The translations under genes were made by a program, and so were the position numbers. The notes beneath the pieces are model-generated. The model ran no database searches. It saw only the letters and a program-made list of their open reading frames with translations, and was not told the origin of the DNA. A stretch of DNA of 63,594 nt, filler included, from Ministeria vibrans ATCC 50519 (lineage: Eukaryota; Protista; Filasterea), in NCBI GenBank assembly GCA_943704425.1. It is 8 parts of 8 records of this genome, joined end to end, with 100 filler letters (N's around TTAATTAATTAA, not from the genome) between each part and the next. Parts side by side here need not be neighbours in the genome. Positions count along the whole stretch, not along the records: positions 16,927 to 30,906 come from CALSCP010001064.1; positions 31,007 to 34,643 come from CALSCP010000978.1; positions 34,744 to 45,972 come from CALSCP010001577.1; 5 more parts are not named here. One strand, given 5' to 3'. The stretch's first letter is position 1. Every line of letters begins with the position of its first letter. Shown one piece after another: positions 20,045-37,900 of the stretch.

Positions 20045-20940
20045 ATGACTGACTACTATTGTCACCAGTGTCGAGAAGTGGTCCAGGAAAACAATGGGTG
20101 CTGTGCGGAGTGCCAGTGTGCGTTCATTGAAGAGCGCACGCCCGGTGTGAACGACGAACTTTTCGTGGCGGACGATGAGGACGACAACCACGCCGACAAC
20201 ATGCATGGCTACGAGCATGACTACGAGCATGGATATGAGGACGGATACGGCGACGATGAGGACGACGACGAGGACGACGACGACGACGACGAGGGTCCAC
20301 ACAATCTCCAGTATGATCCCCAACGCACACACTTGGGTTTGTTTTTCTCGTCTCTTAAGACACTGTTGTTCCACACGCCCCTTAGATCACCCATTGCACA
20401 GCTATTTAATGTATTGCAACAGCAAAGAAGACAGCAGGCAGATATGGGCGGAGGAGACGGAAACGAAGCGTAAGAGGGGATTTTCGTTTCATGAACCAGA
20501 TTCACCTCTAGTCCGTACAGACTGGGCGCATTCTTACAGCTGCTAGTGGGCGGAGCAGCAGGGCCACACGGGACCCTGGGCGACTATGCAATTGGCAATA
20601 TGGACGATGTTATTGCGCGTCTGAGCGAGGTCGACGGACCCACTGCCACAAAGGGACTGTCCGAGACGGCACTGCAACGTCTGCTCCAGAGCGAGTTGGA
20701 GCAGCCCGAGGACTGTGCTGTGTGCAAGGATGTGATGCCATTGGGCGAGTTTGCGACCAAGCTACCGTGTGGCCATGTCTTTCATGCGGACTGTATTGTG
20801 CCCTGGCTCAAACTCGTAATATTATAGCGTCACTCTCACGTGAAACATGACCAAGTATTGCCGTTTCGTTGTTTGTGTGTGTTTAGAATGTAACCTGTCC
20901 TGTGTGTCGCTCTCCAGCCGGTGAACGCGACAACTCCTAA
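20045..20940 (+). CDS. RING-H2 E3 ubiquitin ligase, RNF115/RNF126-like
   Basis: N-terminal zinc ribbon YYCHQC...CAEC..AFIEE, GTLGDYA.G..D.VI..L, and RING-H2 CAVCKD...LPCGHVFHADCIVPWLKL|NVTCPVCR. Confidence 0.88.
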
Positions 20941-21025
20941 GCACCGCACCACGAACAATATTCATCATTGCACAAATCAAAACGCAAACTGTACTCATGC
21001 ACACACAATCACTCTATTGATTTTT

Positions 21026-23126
<2,101 letters not shown>

Positions 23127-23246
23127 AATAAACACAGAAGAAGAAAAAAATGTTTACTCGGCGTCTTGGTCAAACTCGGTAATTCTTATTGCTTCGCAAA
23201 CTCAAATAACAAATTCTCAAAAATCAAAATTTATATTGTTATTGTG

Positions 23247-24498
23247 ATGTCGTTTGCTGCTGCTATTGCTAAACTCCGCCACAACGCCTCCAATCTCGGC
23301 GTGGGCGTCGAGGACGCACTCTTTCTTCTCGGTCTCATCTCATCCCACTTCTCACATGCCCTTTCCGCCCCCCTCCGCCATCACACTCGCCCGCACACGC
23401 CCGCACACGCGCACATACATATCTGAGACCAGTCTCTCACACCCATCTGATCGGGACCCCCCTCCCGTTGTGTAGGCGTGCTCGTTCTTTCACATGTTGT
23501 CGTTGGCTTCGCTGTGCGTCTCGCAATGGCCTTTTACCGCCACTTCCTGCGAAGTCCCGTTCGAGTTGCCAAGTACGGCAAGTGGGCTGGTAAGTCATCA
23601 ACAGTGGCGCGTAACAGGACACTCAACCAGGCGTCTCTCATTCAGTTGTGACGGGCGCGACCGACGGTATCGGTAAGGCGTTTGCAAAGGAACTGGCGCG
23701 GCAGAAGATGAACGTCTGCCTCATCAGTCGCACTCAGTCCAAGCTGGACGAGGCTGCGGCCGAGATTGGTAAGGGGGGAAGGGAACGTCTCTGTCGCATC
23801 TCTCATAATATGAACATTTTGACTTTTGTACACACACGCCAGCGTCAAAGTACAACGTGGAAACGATGACGATCGCGGCGGACTTCTCGCAAGGACGACC
23901 AATCTACGCGAATATTGCGGCCGAGCTGAACAAGATTGAAGTGGGTGTTCTCGTCAACAACGTGGGTGTGAGCTACGAGCACCCCGAGATGTTTGGCGAT
24001 GTGTCCGAGGAGCGCGTGTGGGACATCATCAACCTCAATGTGGGTGCGTGCACGGCCATGACGCGCATTGTACTGTCGCAAATGGTTGAGCGCAAGCGGG
24101 GTGCTATTGTGAACGTGGGCAGTGCCAGTGGCTTCCGTCCCATGGGCCTGCTGGGCGAGTACTCTGCCTCCAAGGCCTACTCGGACTTCTTTTCGCGCGC
24201 CCTCGCCGACGAATATGCCCCTAAAGGCATCTTCATTCAGTCGCTCATGCCCTTGCTCGTCTCGTCCAAGCTCAGCAAGATCCGCAAGGCATCCCTCACC
24301 GTCCCTGCACCCGACGCGTACGCCCGCTCTGCCATTGCCACCCTGGGCCACGACCGTCGCACCCTCGGCTACTGGTCCCACGCCCTCCAGCAATACATCG
24401 GCGACCTCGTGCCCAACCTGTTTGACTGGTATGTCTTTAACATGCACCAGGGGCTTCGCAAGCGCGCCCACAAGAAGAAGGCCCAAAAGAAAGAGTAA
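23247..24498 (+). CDS. HSD17B12: Very-long-chain 3-oxoacyl-CoA reductase (KAR / HSD17B12-like SDR)
   Basis: YGKWA|VVTGATDGIGK (Rossmann), LVNNVG.SYEHP, catalytic YSASK, and a dilysine-rich C-terminus KKAQKKE. Confidence 0.9.
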
Positions 24499-24705
24499 AT
24501 TTATAAAACGTCTTTTTTTTACGATCACGACAAGACAAATATCACAAATATAGACTATAAAGGGAGGAATGGAGGCAGGAGGACCACATGCACAAAAGAC
24601 GCAGTATGATCATAATGAGATGTGCATGTCCAAGAATCAAGATCACATCAAGATTAAAAAAAATCAATTTCTGCAATCTTCAATCAGATAATTTTTGCAT
24701 TGGCC

Positions 24706-26502
<1,797 letters not shown>

Positions 26503-26587
26503 TTGATACACCATTTTTTTTTATAATTGAATGCCTTTCAATTCAAGTGTCTCTTGACGTTTTTTTATTATTGTCAATTTTAATATT

Positions 26588-27254
26588 TTACTTGTTGCGC
26601 GTGAGAGTGCGCTGCTTCTCGGCATGCTCGACCGTCTTTTCTTCGACGTAGAGGCCCTTGCGGCGGCGTACGGCGTTCATGTGGCGCCGCGCAATGTTTT
26701 CGCTGTCCGCCTTCTCGCCATAGTGCAGCAGCTCCTCTTCCGTCGTGGGCACCCAGAAGGGGTCTTCGTCGAGGACAGCCCAGTGCGAGAAGACCAGTTG
26801 CGGCGTTGCATTGCCACTCGTGCGCTTGCGGATGTCCTCGGCAAACCCAAACGACTCGACGACAGGCATGAGCGAGCGAATCACAAAGATGTTGGTGCCC
26901 TCTCGCATCTCCTCTGAGACAATTCGTCCACCACGCGCACTAATCACCGCATAGACACGTCCCAGCACCTCCGACGTCGCCTGAATATCGCACTGATACA
27001 TGGCGACCATCAGGCGGCGAGGCTGTGCCAACAGTGCCCGTCGACACGCCTCCTTCACCGTCGACATAATCTGCCCACTTAGCGGCCCGTATCGACTGCG
27101 CTTCCGACGTGACGCCCCCGACTCAGACTGCATCTGCGACTGTGTCTGTGACTGAGATTGTGACTGAGACTGAGACTGTGATTGTTTCGACGACGAAACT
27201 CGACTTGTTCCCTACCAAAAATAATAATAAAAATAATAGAGATAATATTATCAA

Positions 27255-27302
<48 letters not shown>

Positions 27303-28247
27303 TTACATCGTCACTGTGCTGCGACAGACTGTCACCATCCACACCAACAAGGGGCTCGTCTTCGTCGTCGCGCTCAAACACAATGTCCTCTACAATAAAA
27401 CAAACGCCCAGCATGGGCTCCTCGCACAGCGGACCAGACTGGGTCGCCAGCTGAAACCCGCTCACAATGGAGTTGTCCAAATCCGCAATGCGTCGCAGTT
27501 TCGCATCGTCGTCGCCGCTCGTGACTGTGCCTTCCGTCTCGCCCTCCAATTGCGTCCACAGACTCCGCGGAGAGTGCCCGCCAATACGTGAAATCAACAT
27601 ATTAGCACCCACTCGACGTGGTCCCAGTGCCCACAGCTGCTCAAGCGTGTTCTCGGGCCACACAACAGCACCAACACTCTTGGTTGCACTCGCATGCTCG
27701 CTGGCTTCACGAAAACCCTGTGCCAGATCCTCACGCAGCTGTCTAACCGCATCAATCGTCTCATCGTCCAATGTGCGATCCACCAAACAGCGCACAACGT
27801 CCACGCGCGACTCTAGCAGTCGGCTCACCTCGCTCGGCAATGGGACAGCCCGAAGCTTCACTGCGCACTGTCGATCGGTCGTCTTGAGCGTCACAAGTCC
27901 ATCGCGCAATCGTACACTCGACTGAGACGCACCGCTGCCCAGAACCAGCTCCTTCTCGCCATCATCAACGTCATCAGCATCATCATCATCATCATCATCA
28001 TCTCCTCCATGCTTGTTATTATTGTTGTTGTCGTTGTCGTCGTCGTCTCCATCACCCTTCTGCTTGACTTTATCAGCAGCATCAACATTGCTCTTGTTTC
28101 CACGAGCCGTCCGACCACCTGCAGCCATAGCCATGACTCCCGCAAACACTTGCCGCAGCGTCACCTCGTGGGCGCCCGCACTGTTCCCATCTCCACTCCC
28201 TACTCCGCCCGCAGGCCCAGCCGTCCCGCTAACTCCACCACCGCCAG

Positions 28248-28278
<31 letters not shown>

Positions 28279-30891
28279 ACCACTACCAGTTGTGGCACCC
28301 GCTCCGTCCGTGACCAACTCACCGACACGATCGACCTGAGGAGGAGGCACAACTGTCTCTCGGAAGGGCACTATGGGCGGGGACACTTGGAGACGCACAC
28401 GCGCAAACCGCTCTCGCAAGTCACGCATGCAGCGCTCCAGGTGAATTTCGCCCGCAGTCACAATAACGTGTTCACCCGTCTCCTGCACAAGCACGCGCAC
28501 ACACGGATCGGCCTGGTTCAACAGTCGCAAGCCCTCAATGAGGCGAGGCATGTCGGACGGATTGAGTGGTTCCACGGCCACACGGACAATAGGGGGCGCG
28601 TCCACGTGGACCGCACTAAAACTGGGACAGGCCGCAGTAGAACTGAGCGTGGCGGTTTTCGTGACAAACTCCTCAAGGCCCGTCATGCCAAAGACCATGC
28701 CTGCAGGCACAGCATCGACCGACACGAGTTCACGACCCATCAGTAAGTAAAGCGCGGGCACGGTCACCTCGTAGCGGTAGCGAGCGTGCTCACTTGGGTC
28801 GTACTTGGGACCGAGAACGTGCAGCGTCTGCCCTACGCGCACGGTGCCACTGAACACACGCGCAAAAGCAACAAACACTTCGGACTTTTGGGCGGTGGTA
28901 TCGGACGCGGAACCAACAGTCGCTGTATCGTTTGACTCTAGTGGCACACCCCCATTCTCCGCCATGGCTGCAGCGGCCGCAGCGTCTTCATCACGTCTTG
29001 CCTGCAGTCGTTCGAGCGCGCGTGCACGTCGTTCCTTCAGCTCTTCCGGTGTTAACTCATCAATGCCACGCTCACCTGTGCCCGCTTTGCTCTGTGGCAG
29101 CACCTCTGCGTCAACTGCAACCATCTTGGATACAAATGCAACGGTGTGCTCGGCAGAGGAGTCACAGGCGGCAATGCCACTCTCAAGTTGACGTGTGTCC
29201 AGTGGGAATCCCTCACGTGGACGTCGCCCATACAGCAAATGACGCACGCGCGTTGCCTCAAGTGAGCTGGGAGCGGGCAGATGCTCGCACACCATGCTCA
29301 TTACTGCGTGATTCAGCGGAAGCCATGTGCTCAGTACCGCCTGCAGATGTACATTTGCTTCGCGAGACTATAAAAAAGTGGTTAGTTTTGAATACGTTTG
29401 ATGGTTTGATTTGAGATATTTGTACCTTTTCGTCGCGAGGGTTGATTTTGATACCAAGCGCAGTACAAATCTTTTGACGACGGTCCGGGTCAGGATTGAT
29501 AATGGTCGCGTCGTAGACGGCCCAGATGTTATTGAGGGCAAACTGGACAAAAAGGGGAGTCTTGCCCTTGGCCAGTGCGTCGGGCAGAATGCGCTTCGCC
29601 TTCATGTTGAGGTAATAGTTGCCCCAGAGAGTCTTGCAGAGAAGATCGGGACGCACGTGCAGTTTACGTGCATAGATGACGGCAAAGTCCTGAATGGTAA
29701 AACCCCAGCCGTGAAAAGCCGAGGCAAAGACGACGTTGCCGCGCGCCGGCTCAAAGTAAATGTCGGCATCATCGAGCTCCTCCATGGCCCAGTTGTAGTA
29801 CTCGACGCCGTCGTCGGGCGTGTCTGTGGCAGTAGGTGTTGCTGTCGTTGTACTGTTGTGCTCGTGGATCATTGCATCCTCTTCGTCCATGCGCTGTCGA
29901 GTGAAGAGAGTCGCCGAGATGGCATTGACTTGCTCGAGAATGCGTTGCAGGTGCAGATACGCTTCGCTTGGCGTCATTTGCATTTCGACAATGAGACGAT
30001 CAATCTTGTTTAACACCAAGCAGGGTCGCAGGTGTTCTTGCCATGCCTGACGCAGAACAGCATGGGTCTTTAAGAAAAAAAAAAAAAGCAGAGATTGAAT
30101 TACTATTCTTAATAATTTTTGTGCGCGTCTTTTAATTCACCTGTGGACAGACCCCCTCAACGCAGTCTACGACAACAATGGCGCCATCGCTGATACGCAC
30201 AGCTGTCGAGACTTCAGATGAAAAGTCCACGTGTCCCGGCGAGTCGATGAGGTTGACACAGTAGTCTTGGTCGTCTGGCGAAGGAAACGAAGTGTGGGGG
30301 GTTTTCATGTCAACGAGAGACTCATCACGATGTGAGTCCAAAGTCTCTCTCACGCTGTGTACATACCGCGAGACCGATAGAAAAGTGAAATGGCACTAGA
30401 CTCCATCGTGATACCACGCTCTTGCTCATCGGGGCGACTGTGAATGGGTGAAAAAAAAGAAAAGAAAAAAATGTGAAACATGTTTCATTTTTCGGCTGTT
30501 TCAGGCAGTACCTGTCGAGATAGCGGACTTTGCCAGCAAGACGCTGCGATATGACACCGTTGCTAGCAATCAGAGAGTCTGACAGTGTAGTTTTGCCTAA
30601 TAAAAAGACAGAGAGGGAGAGAGAGAGAAATTGAGCGATTGCGCAAAAGGAATCAAAGACGCGAAGAAAAGACAAGCGGTCGTTTGAGTGGGCGCACACT
30701 GAGAATGGCATGAGGCAAAGAAGCAAGTGGGGGGTGTGTGGGAAGGCATAGAGAGAGAGAGAGAGAGGGGGGACGCAAGGCATACCATGGTCGACGTGTG
30801 CAAGCACACACACATTTCGGATGAGTTCTGGATGGTTGTGCAGTCGTTCGACGTGCGATCCGTCTAATCTTGGTGGGCGTCGATGGTCCAT
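26588..30891 (-). CDS. EFL1: Elongation factor-like GTPase 1 (EFL1/Ria1), multi-exon
   Basis: [13 protein letters not shown]|[55 protein letters not shown], and the EFL1-specific C-terminus [12 protein letters not shown]...GEKAD..N.ARR.M..VRRRKGL...[11 protein letters not shown]. Confidence 0.95.
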
Positions 30892-31006
30892 CAGTGAAAC
30901 GTAACTNNNNNNNNNNNNNNNNNNNNNNNNNNNNNNNNNNNNNNNNNNNNTTAATTAATTAANNNNNNNNNNNNNNNNNNNNNNNNNNNNNNNNNNNNNN
31001 NNNNNN

Positions 31007-31116
<110 letters not shown>

Positions 31117-31518
31117 ACACACACTCACCGTTCGTTGTTTCTTTTTTCTGTGTGTTTTCAGTCTCAGTGAATGGTGTGTGTCTCTCATTTCCGCCAAGCC
31201 CTCAGACTTTGATAGCTTTGCACCTATGTGGACCGCTCCTCGTCCAAACTGGGGCTTTGGCTGTGACTGAGATACATAAAATTTTCCACCACCTTTAAGG
31301 TGGCCCTTGATTGAATGACAACGTAAATCATGTAGGGATGTATTTGCCGAAGTGAATGAGGATGTTGGGTTGTTAATGCGCTAGTCTTCTACCAAGATCA
31401 TAACCAAGTCCAAACCTCAAAATCAATGACTATTTGAAACTCATTGAAGATTTGAAGTTGCTGGAAACATTTACTCATCATTGTTTTTGCTCTCTGATTC
31501 ACCTCGTTCGCCTCTACA

Positions 31519-33653
<2,135 letters not shown>

Positions 33654-34532
33654 AAGAAGACTCTAACTTTGTCAAGCTGCAATTCGTTAAACAATCTTCG
33701 AAGTCTCTTTTTTTCAACTCGATTTGCAACCTTGTTGTTCAGGTAGTGTTGTTTGAATAAGTAGCTTTAACTAGTAAAGCCCTTTGTGGTGTCTTGCTCT
33801 CTGGTATCTGACTTAATTATCACGCGTAGACTTTTTTTTACTTAATTATCACGCGTAGACTGTGTGTTCTCTTTTCGGCTTTCCGTTGCCCTTTTGTGCT
33901 CCTTTTCCGAGGGCAGCAAATCAGAAGGTTCTTCTTTGTTGCGCTCAACGAGTCATTTGTATTTTCGGTGATTCCCAGGGTGTGCGCATTGTGTTGTTGT
34001 TTATAATAAAACTGTTGACTTCCAAAAAAACTTACAAAAAATGGATATTCCGCCAAAATATATACTCTATTCACAAAATTATGCCACATTTTTAATTAAC
34101 TTTATGTATTTCTCGCTTGACTAACAAAAAAAGAGCAGACGAGGAAGGCGACTGAAGTGAATTCGGGACCTGGTCAAATAAGCTGTATATCAATGAATAT
34201 AATTATAAATATTTCGCTGTATAAATTAAGTCGGGACTTTTGTGTATTTTTCAATTAATGTGGTGCGAAATACAACTACAATATTTGACATTAAAGAACA
34301 ATACATGTTGCGAAAAACCTACTTAAAGTGTTTCTGATACTACATATAATTAGTTCGGCTCCCACGAGAAGGCGTGAAGAGCTGAGTATAATCTATTTGT
34401 AGGAGAAAGAGTACCACTATGCGTCATGGGGCTTCATGGCGCCCCTCTATGGTGGAACTGGTTTCCTTTAAAGAAGCCTTGAAGCGAGTTTTTTTTTTTT
34501 TTTTGGAAGTCCTTTTTTTTTTTTTTTTTTTT

Positions 34533-34567
<35 letters not shown>

Positions 34568-34986
34568 GAAGTCCTAGGGCAAAAGCTTCATTGTACAAGA
34601 CAATCTAGCCATCCGAAGCGGCTGCTTCACCCCCGCATGGGCCNNNNNNNNNNNNNNNNNNNNNNNNNNNNNNNNNNNNNNNNNNNNTTAATTAATTAAN
34701 NNNNNNNNNNNNNNNNNNNNNNNNNNNNNNNNNNNNNNNNNNNAAAAACAGATTCAAAAAGAAAATTGCAAGGGCAAGGTTCATCAGAACCTTTTGAAAA
34801 AGAAAGAAAGAAAGAAAGATTAAAATGAGACGAATTGTGTGGGAAATATCGGGTTCAACCGTCAATTGACTCAATTCCATTTATTGACCCTGTTTACATG
34901 TGCGCATCAAGAGATTGGCGACAACGTTTCAACAATCCAAATTCATTTCCAAATTTCCCAAATAATTATTCATTTTCTGTGTAACG

Positions 34987-37900
34987 ATGGCAGCAAGCGC
35001 AATCGCTGCTGAAGAGTCCATCCGTCAGCCCATCGAGGCAGCGGCGACGCTCGTCACCAATGCGGGCCTGCGCGACGCATCCTTTCCCGATCTCAACGAC
35101 TGTCTTGAAGGTGCGCCCGCCAATCGCCCTTGCGCGACCATTCAGGCAGCCGCAAGGCCGCTTGGCCCTGCTCCGCTGTGTCCTCTGTCCCCGCCGCCCA
35201 TTACTTTCGTCTGCATTTTGTTTCTATTCCATTTGGAGAACGTTTTGACAACTCTCTCTTACTCTCTCTCTCTCACTCTCTCTCTTACTCTCGCCTCATT
35301 CCTCTTGACGCGCCTCCAACAACGGCAACCACTCCCACTTCCTCTGGACCCCCCCCTCCCCCCACCGCACAGCCCCCTCAAGCTCTCGTGTGCTCTTGAG
35401 CTCTCTTTCTTTCCCTTTTCAAAATCACTCACACGTTTCTCTCATCTTTTTTTTTTCGCTTCTCTCTCTCCTTCTCTCTTCTTCTTCCAGGTTCCAGCAG
35501 CCGCGGCGACACCTTCTGGAGCGGCCTCCCGTCGTACGAGCTCGCTCGGATGGTCCGTCTACCCGAAGCTCTCTTCAGCCAGTTCAATCGTACGTTTGAC
35601 GCACAAAACTCAACAGGTGTTTCGACCCTTTTTTATTCTTACTCTCTCTCTCTTTCTCTTTCTCTTTCTCTTCTCTTTGCAGATGTCGAGTGCAAGTGTT
35701 TCATGGGGCTTTTTCCAGAGATTCAACGTGCCTGGCTCACCATTGACAACCAAGTCTTCCTGTGGAACTTCCAAGACGGCTCCGACTTCTCCCTTTACGA
35801 CGAACTGGACCAAGTGATCACTTGCGCAGCGCTCGTTCGTCCTCGCCCAGGTACAGATGAGTGAAAAGAGTAGTCATCATTGTATGTGTGAGAGAGAGGA
35901 GGGAGAAAGAAACAAAGTGATAGAGAGAGAGAAACAAAGTGATAGAGAGAGAAACAAAGTGATAGAGAGAGAATGTGGTGTGTGTGTGTTTATGTGGTTT
36001 ATGGTGGTATTCATCATGTCCCTTCTTTGCTTCTCTCCTTTTAGGCGTCTTTGTCGAAGAGATCGAGTATGTACTGGTGCTCACCACGCCCGTCAAAGTC
36101 GTTCTACTTGGCGTCAGTTTTACCCCTCGCACCAGTACGACAAAAAAACATCCCTTTTCTCATCCAGTTTTATGCACGTTCTTGCGACTCAATGCCGCCC
36201 TCGTTGTGTGTTTTCGTTGTCTATTTTTATTTTAGACGCTCCCGTCTCTTCCACCGGCGATCCTTCACACGGCTATGCCGAGCTTCGATTCCACCCCACT
36301 GACCTGTCGATCGCCTCTGACAATGTCAGCATGCTCTCCATTGCGGGCACCCCCAACGGTCGCATCCTCATGGGCGGCAGCGATGGCTGTGTCTACGAAA
36401 TTGTCTACCAGAGCAGCGAGGGCTGGTTCCAACGACGCATCTCCAAAATCAACCACTCGACGGGACTCATTTCGTCGCTCATTCCGCCCCTCTTCAAGTT
36501 CTCCTCGTCGGACGCCATCAAGGAGCTCGCGTACGACCACACACGTGGCACACTTTACACTCTCTCTGATTGTGGCGTCATCTCCGTCTACGACCTCGGC
36601 TACGACGGCGTTGGCATGACACGCATCGCCACTCACGACTCAATATACTCGCAGGCGGCGCGCGCGTCCTCCCTCGACAAACGCCAGCTCGCCATGATCT
36701 CACTGCACCCAGTGCCCGTCACCGAGTCTGCTTACATTTCGCTTGTGGCCGTCACCGTCTCGGGAATTCGTCTCTTCTTCTCGACAGTGCGTGCCGACGA
36801 GCGTCGTCATGCCTTCACCGCCTCCTCCATTCGCTCCAATCCCCGCTCTCATCGCCCCGCCTGTCTCGACCTCGTCCATGTACGCCACAGTACCGTCGTT
36901 TCCGAGACAGCGCCCTCCTCCCACCCCAACAACAGCACAAACGCCCCCTCCATGTACCTACAACAACAACAACAGCAGCAGCAGCAGCAGCATGCCAGCG
37001 GATTCTCCACGCTCAACCCATCGTCCATTGGCGCTACCACCGCGTCGCAGTTGGGCCGTGTGCACACGGCACTGTACACTCGTGGCTGTCTTGTCACTGC
37101 TGACGCTCGTCTTGACGAGGAGGACATTCTCACGTGCGTCTTTCCCGACAACACCTCCATGACAACTCAGAATCGCGTGCGTGTGCTCACCGAAGGTGCA
37201 AACTTGCTCAAGATCTCCGGAAGAACTTACGCCATTGCCGAAGCGACCAGTCATCTTGCATCGCGTCTGCTGCATCACACACCCGCAGCGTTGCGCAACG
37301 AACTCCTTGCAGAGCATCTCGAGTCGCCTCGTGTCTTTCTTGTGCTCACCAACGCCGGCATTCATGTCCTCGTCAAGAATCGTCCCGTCGACGAGCTCGT
37401 TTCGCTGCTGAGCGCCGGCTCTGCCGGTGAAGACCGTCTTGCACGCTTCTTTGACTCGGATCGCTATGGCCAGGAGCAGGCCTGTGCCATGTGTCTTCTG
37501 GTCGCCTGCGGTCTTCTACCCGAGAATCCCTACACCACGTTGCCGAATGTGTCGCAATTTCAACAGGAGCACAGTGTCACCGGTACCACCGATCCGGCCG
37601 TTGCTCAAGCGGCATCGCGCGCCTTCTTTGAACGCGGTGGCAACCCTTCGTTTCCCGGTGCCGAAGCAGATGCCGCTGCGGCCGCCACTGCCTCGCGATT
37701 CACAGGTGGTGCATCGTCGTGGCACCAACAAGGGCAAATGGGCCAGGGTGGTCCTGCAGCGATCTCGTCACCCTCTTCCGCCGCCTACGTACATGGTCGT
37801 GCCGTCTCACAGGAGCTACAGTACTCTGGCGCTCACGACGGTCTCTGTCTGTTTGCTTCGCGGATTCTTGCTTCGGTCTGGTCACAACCCATTGCGGTTG

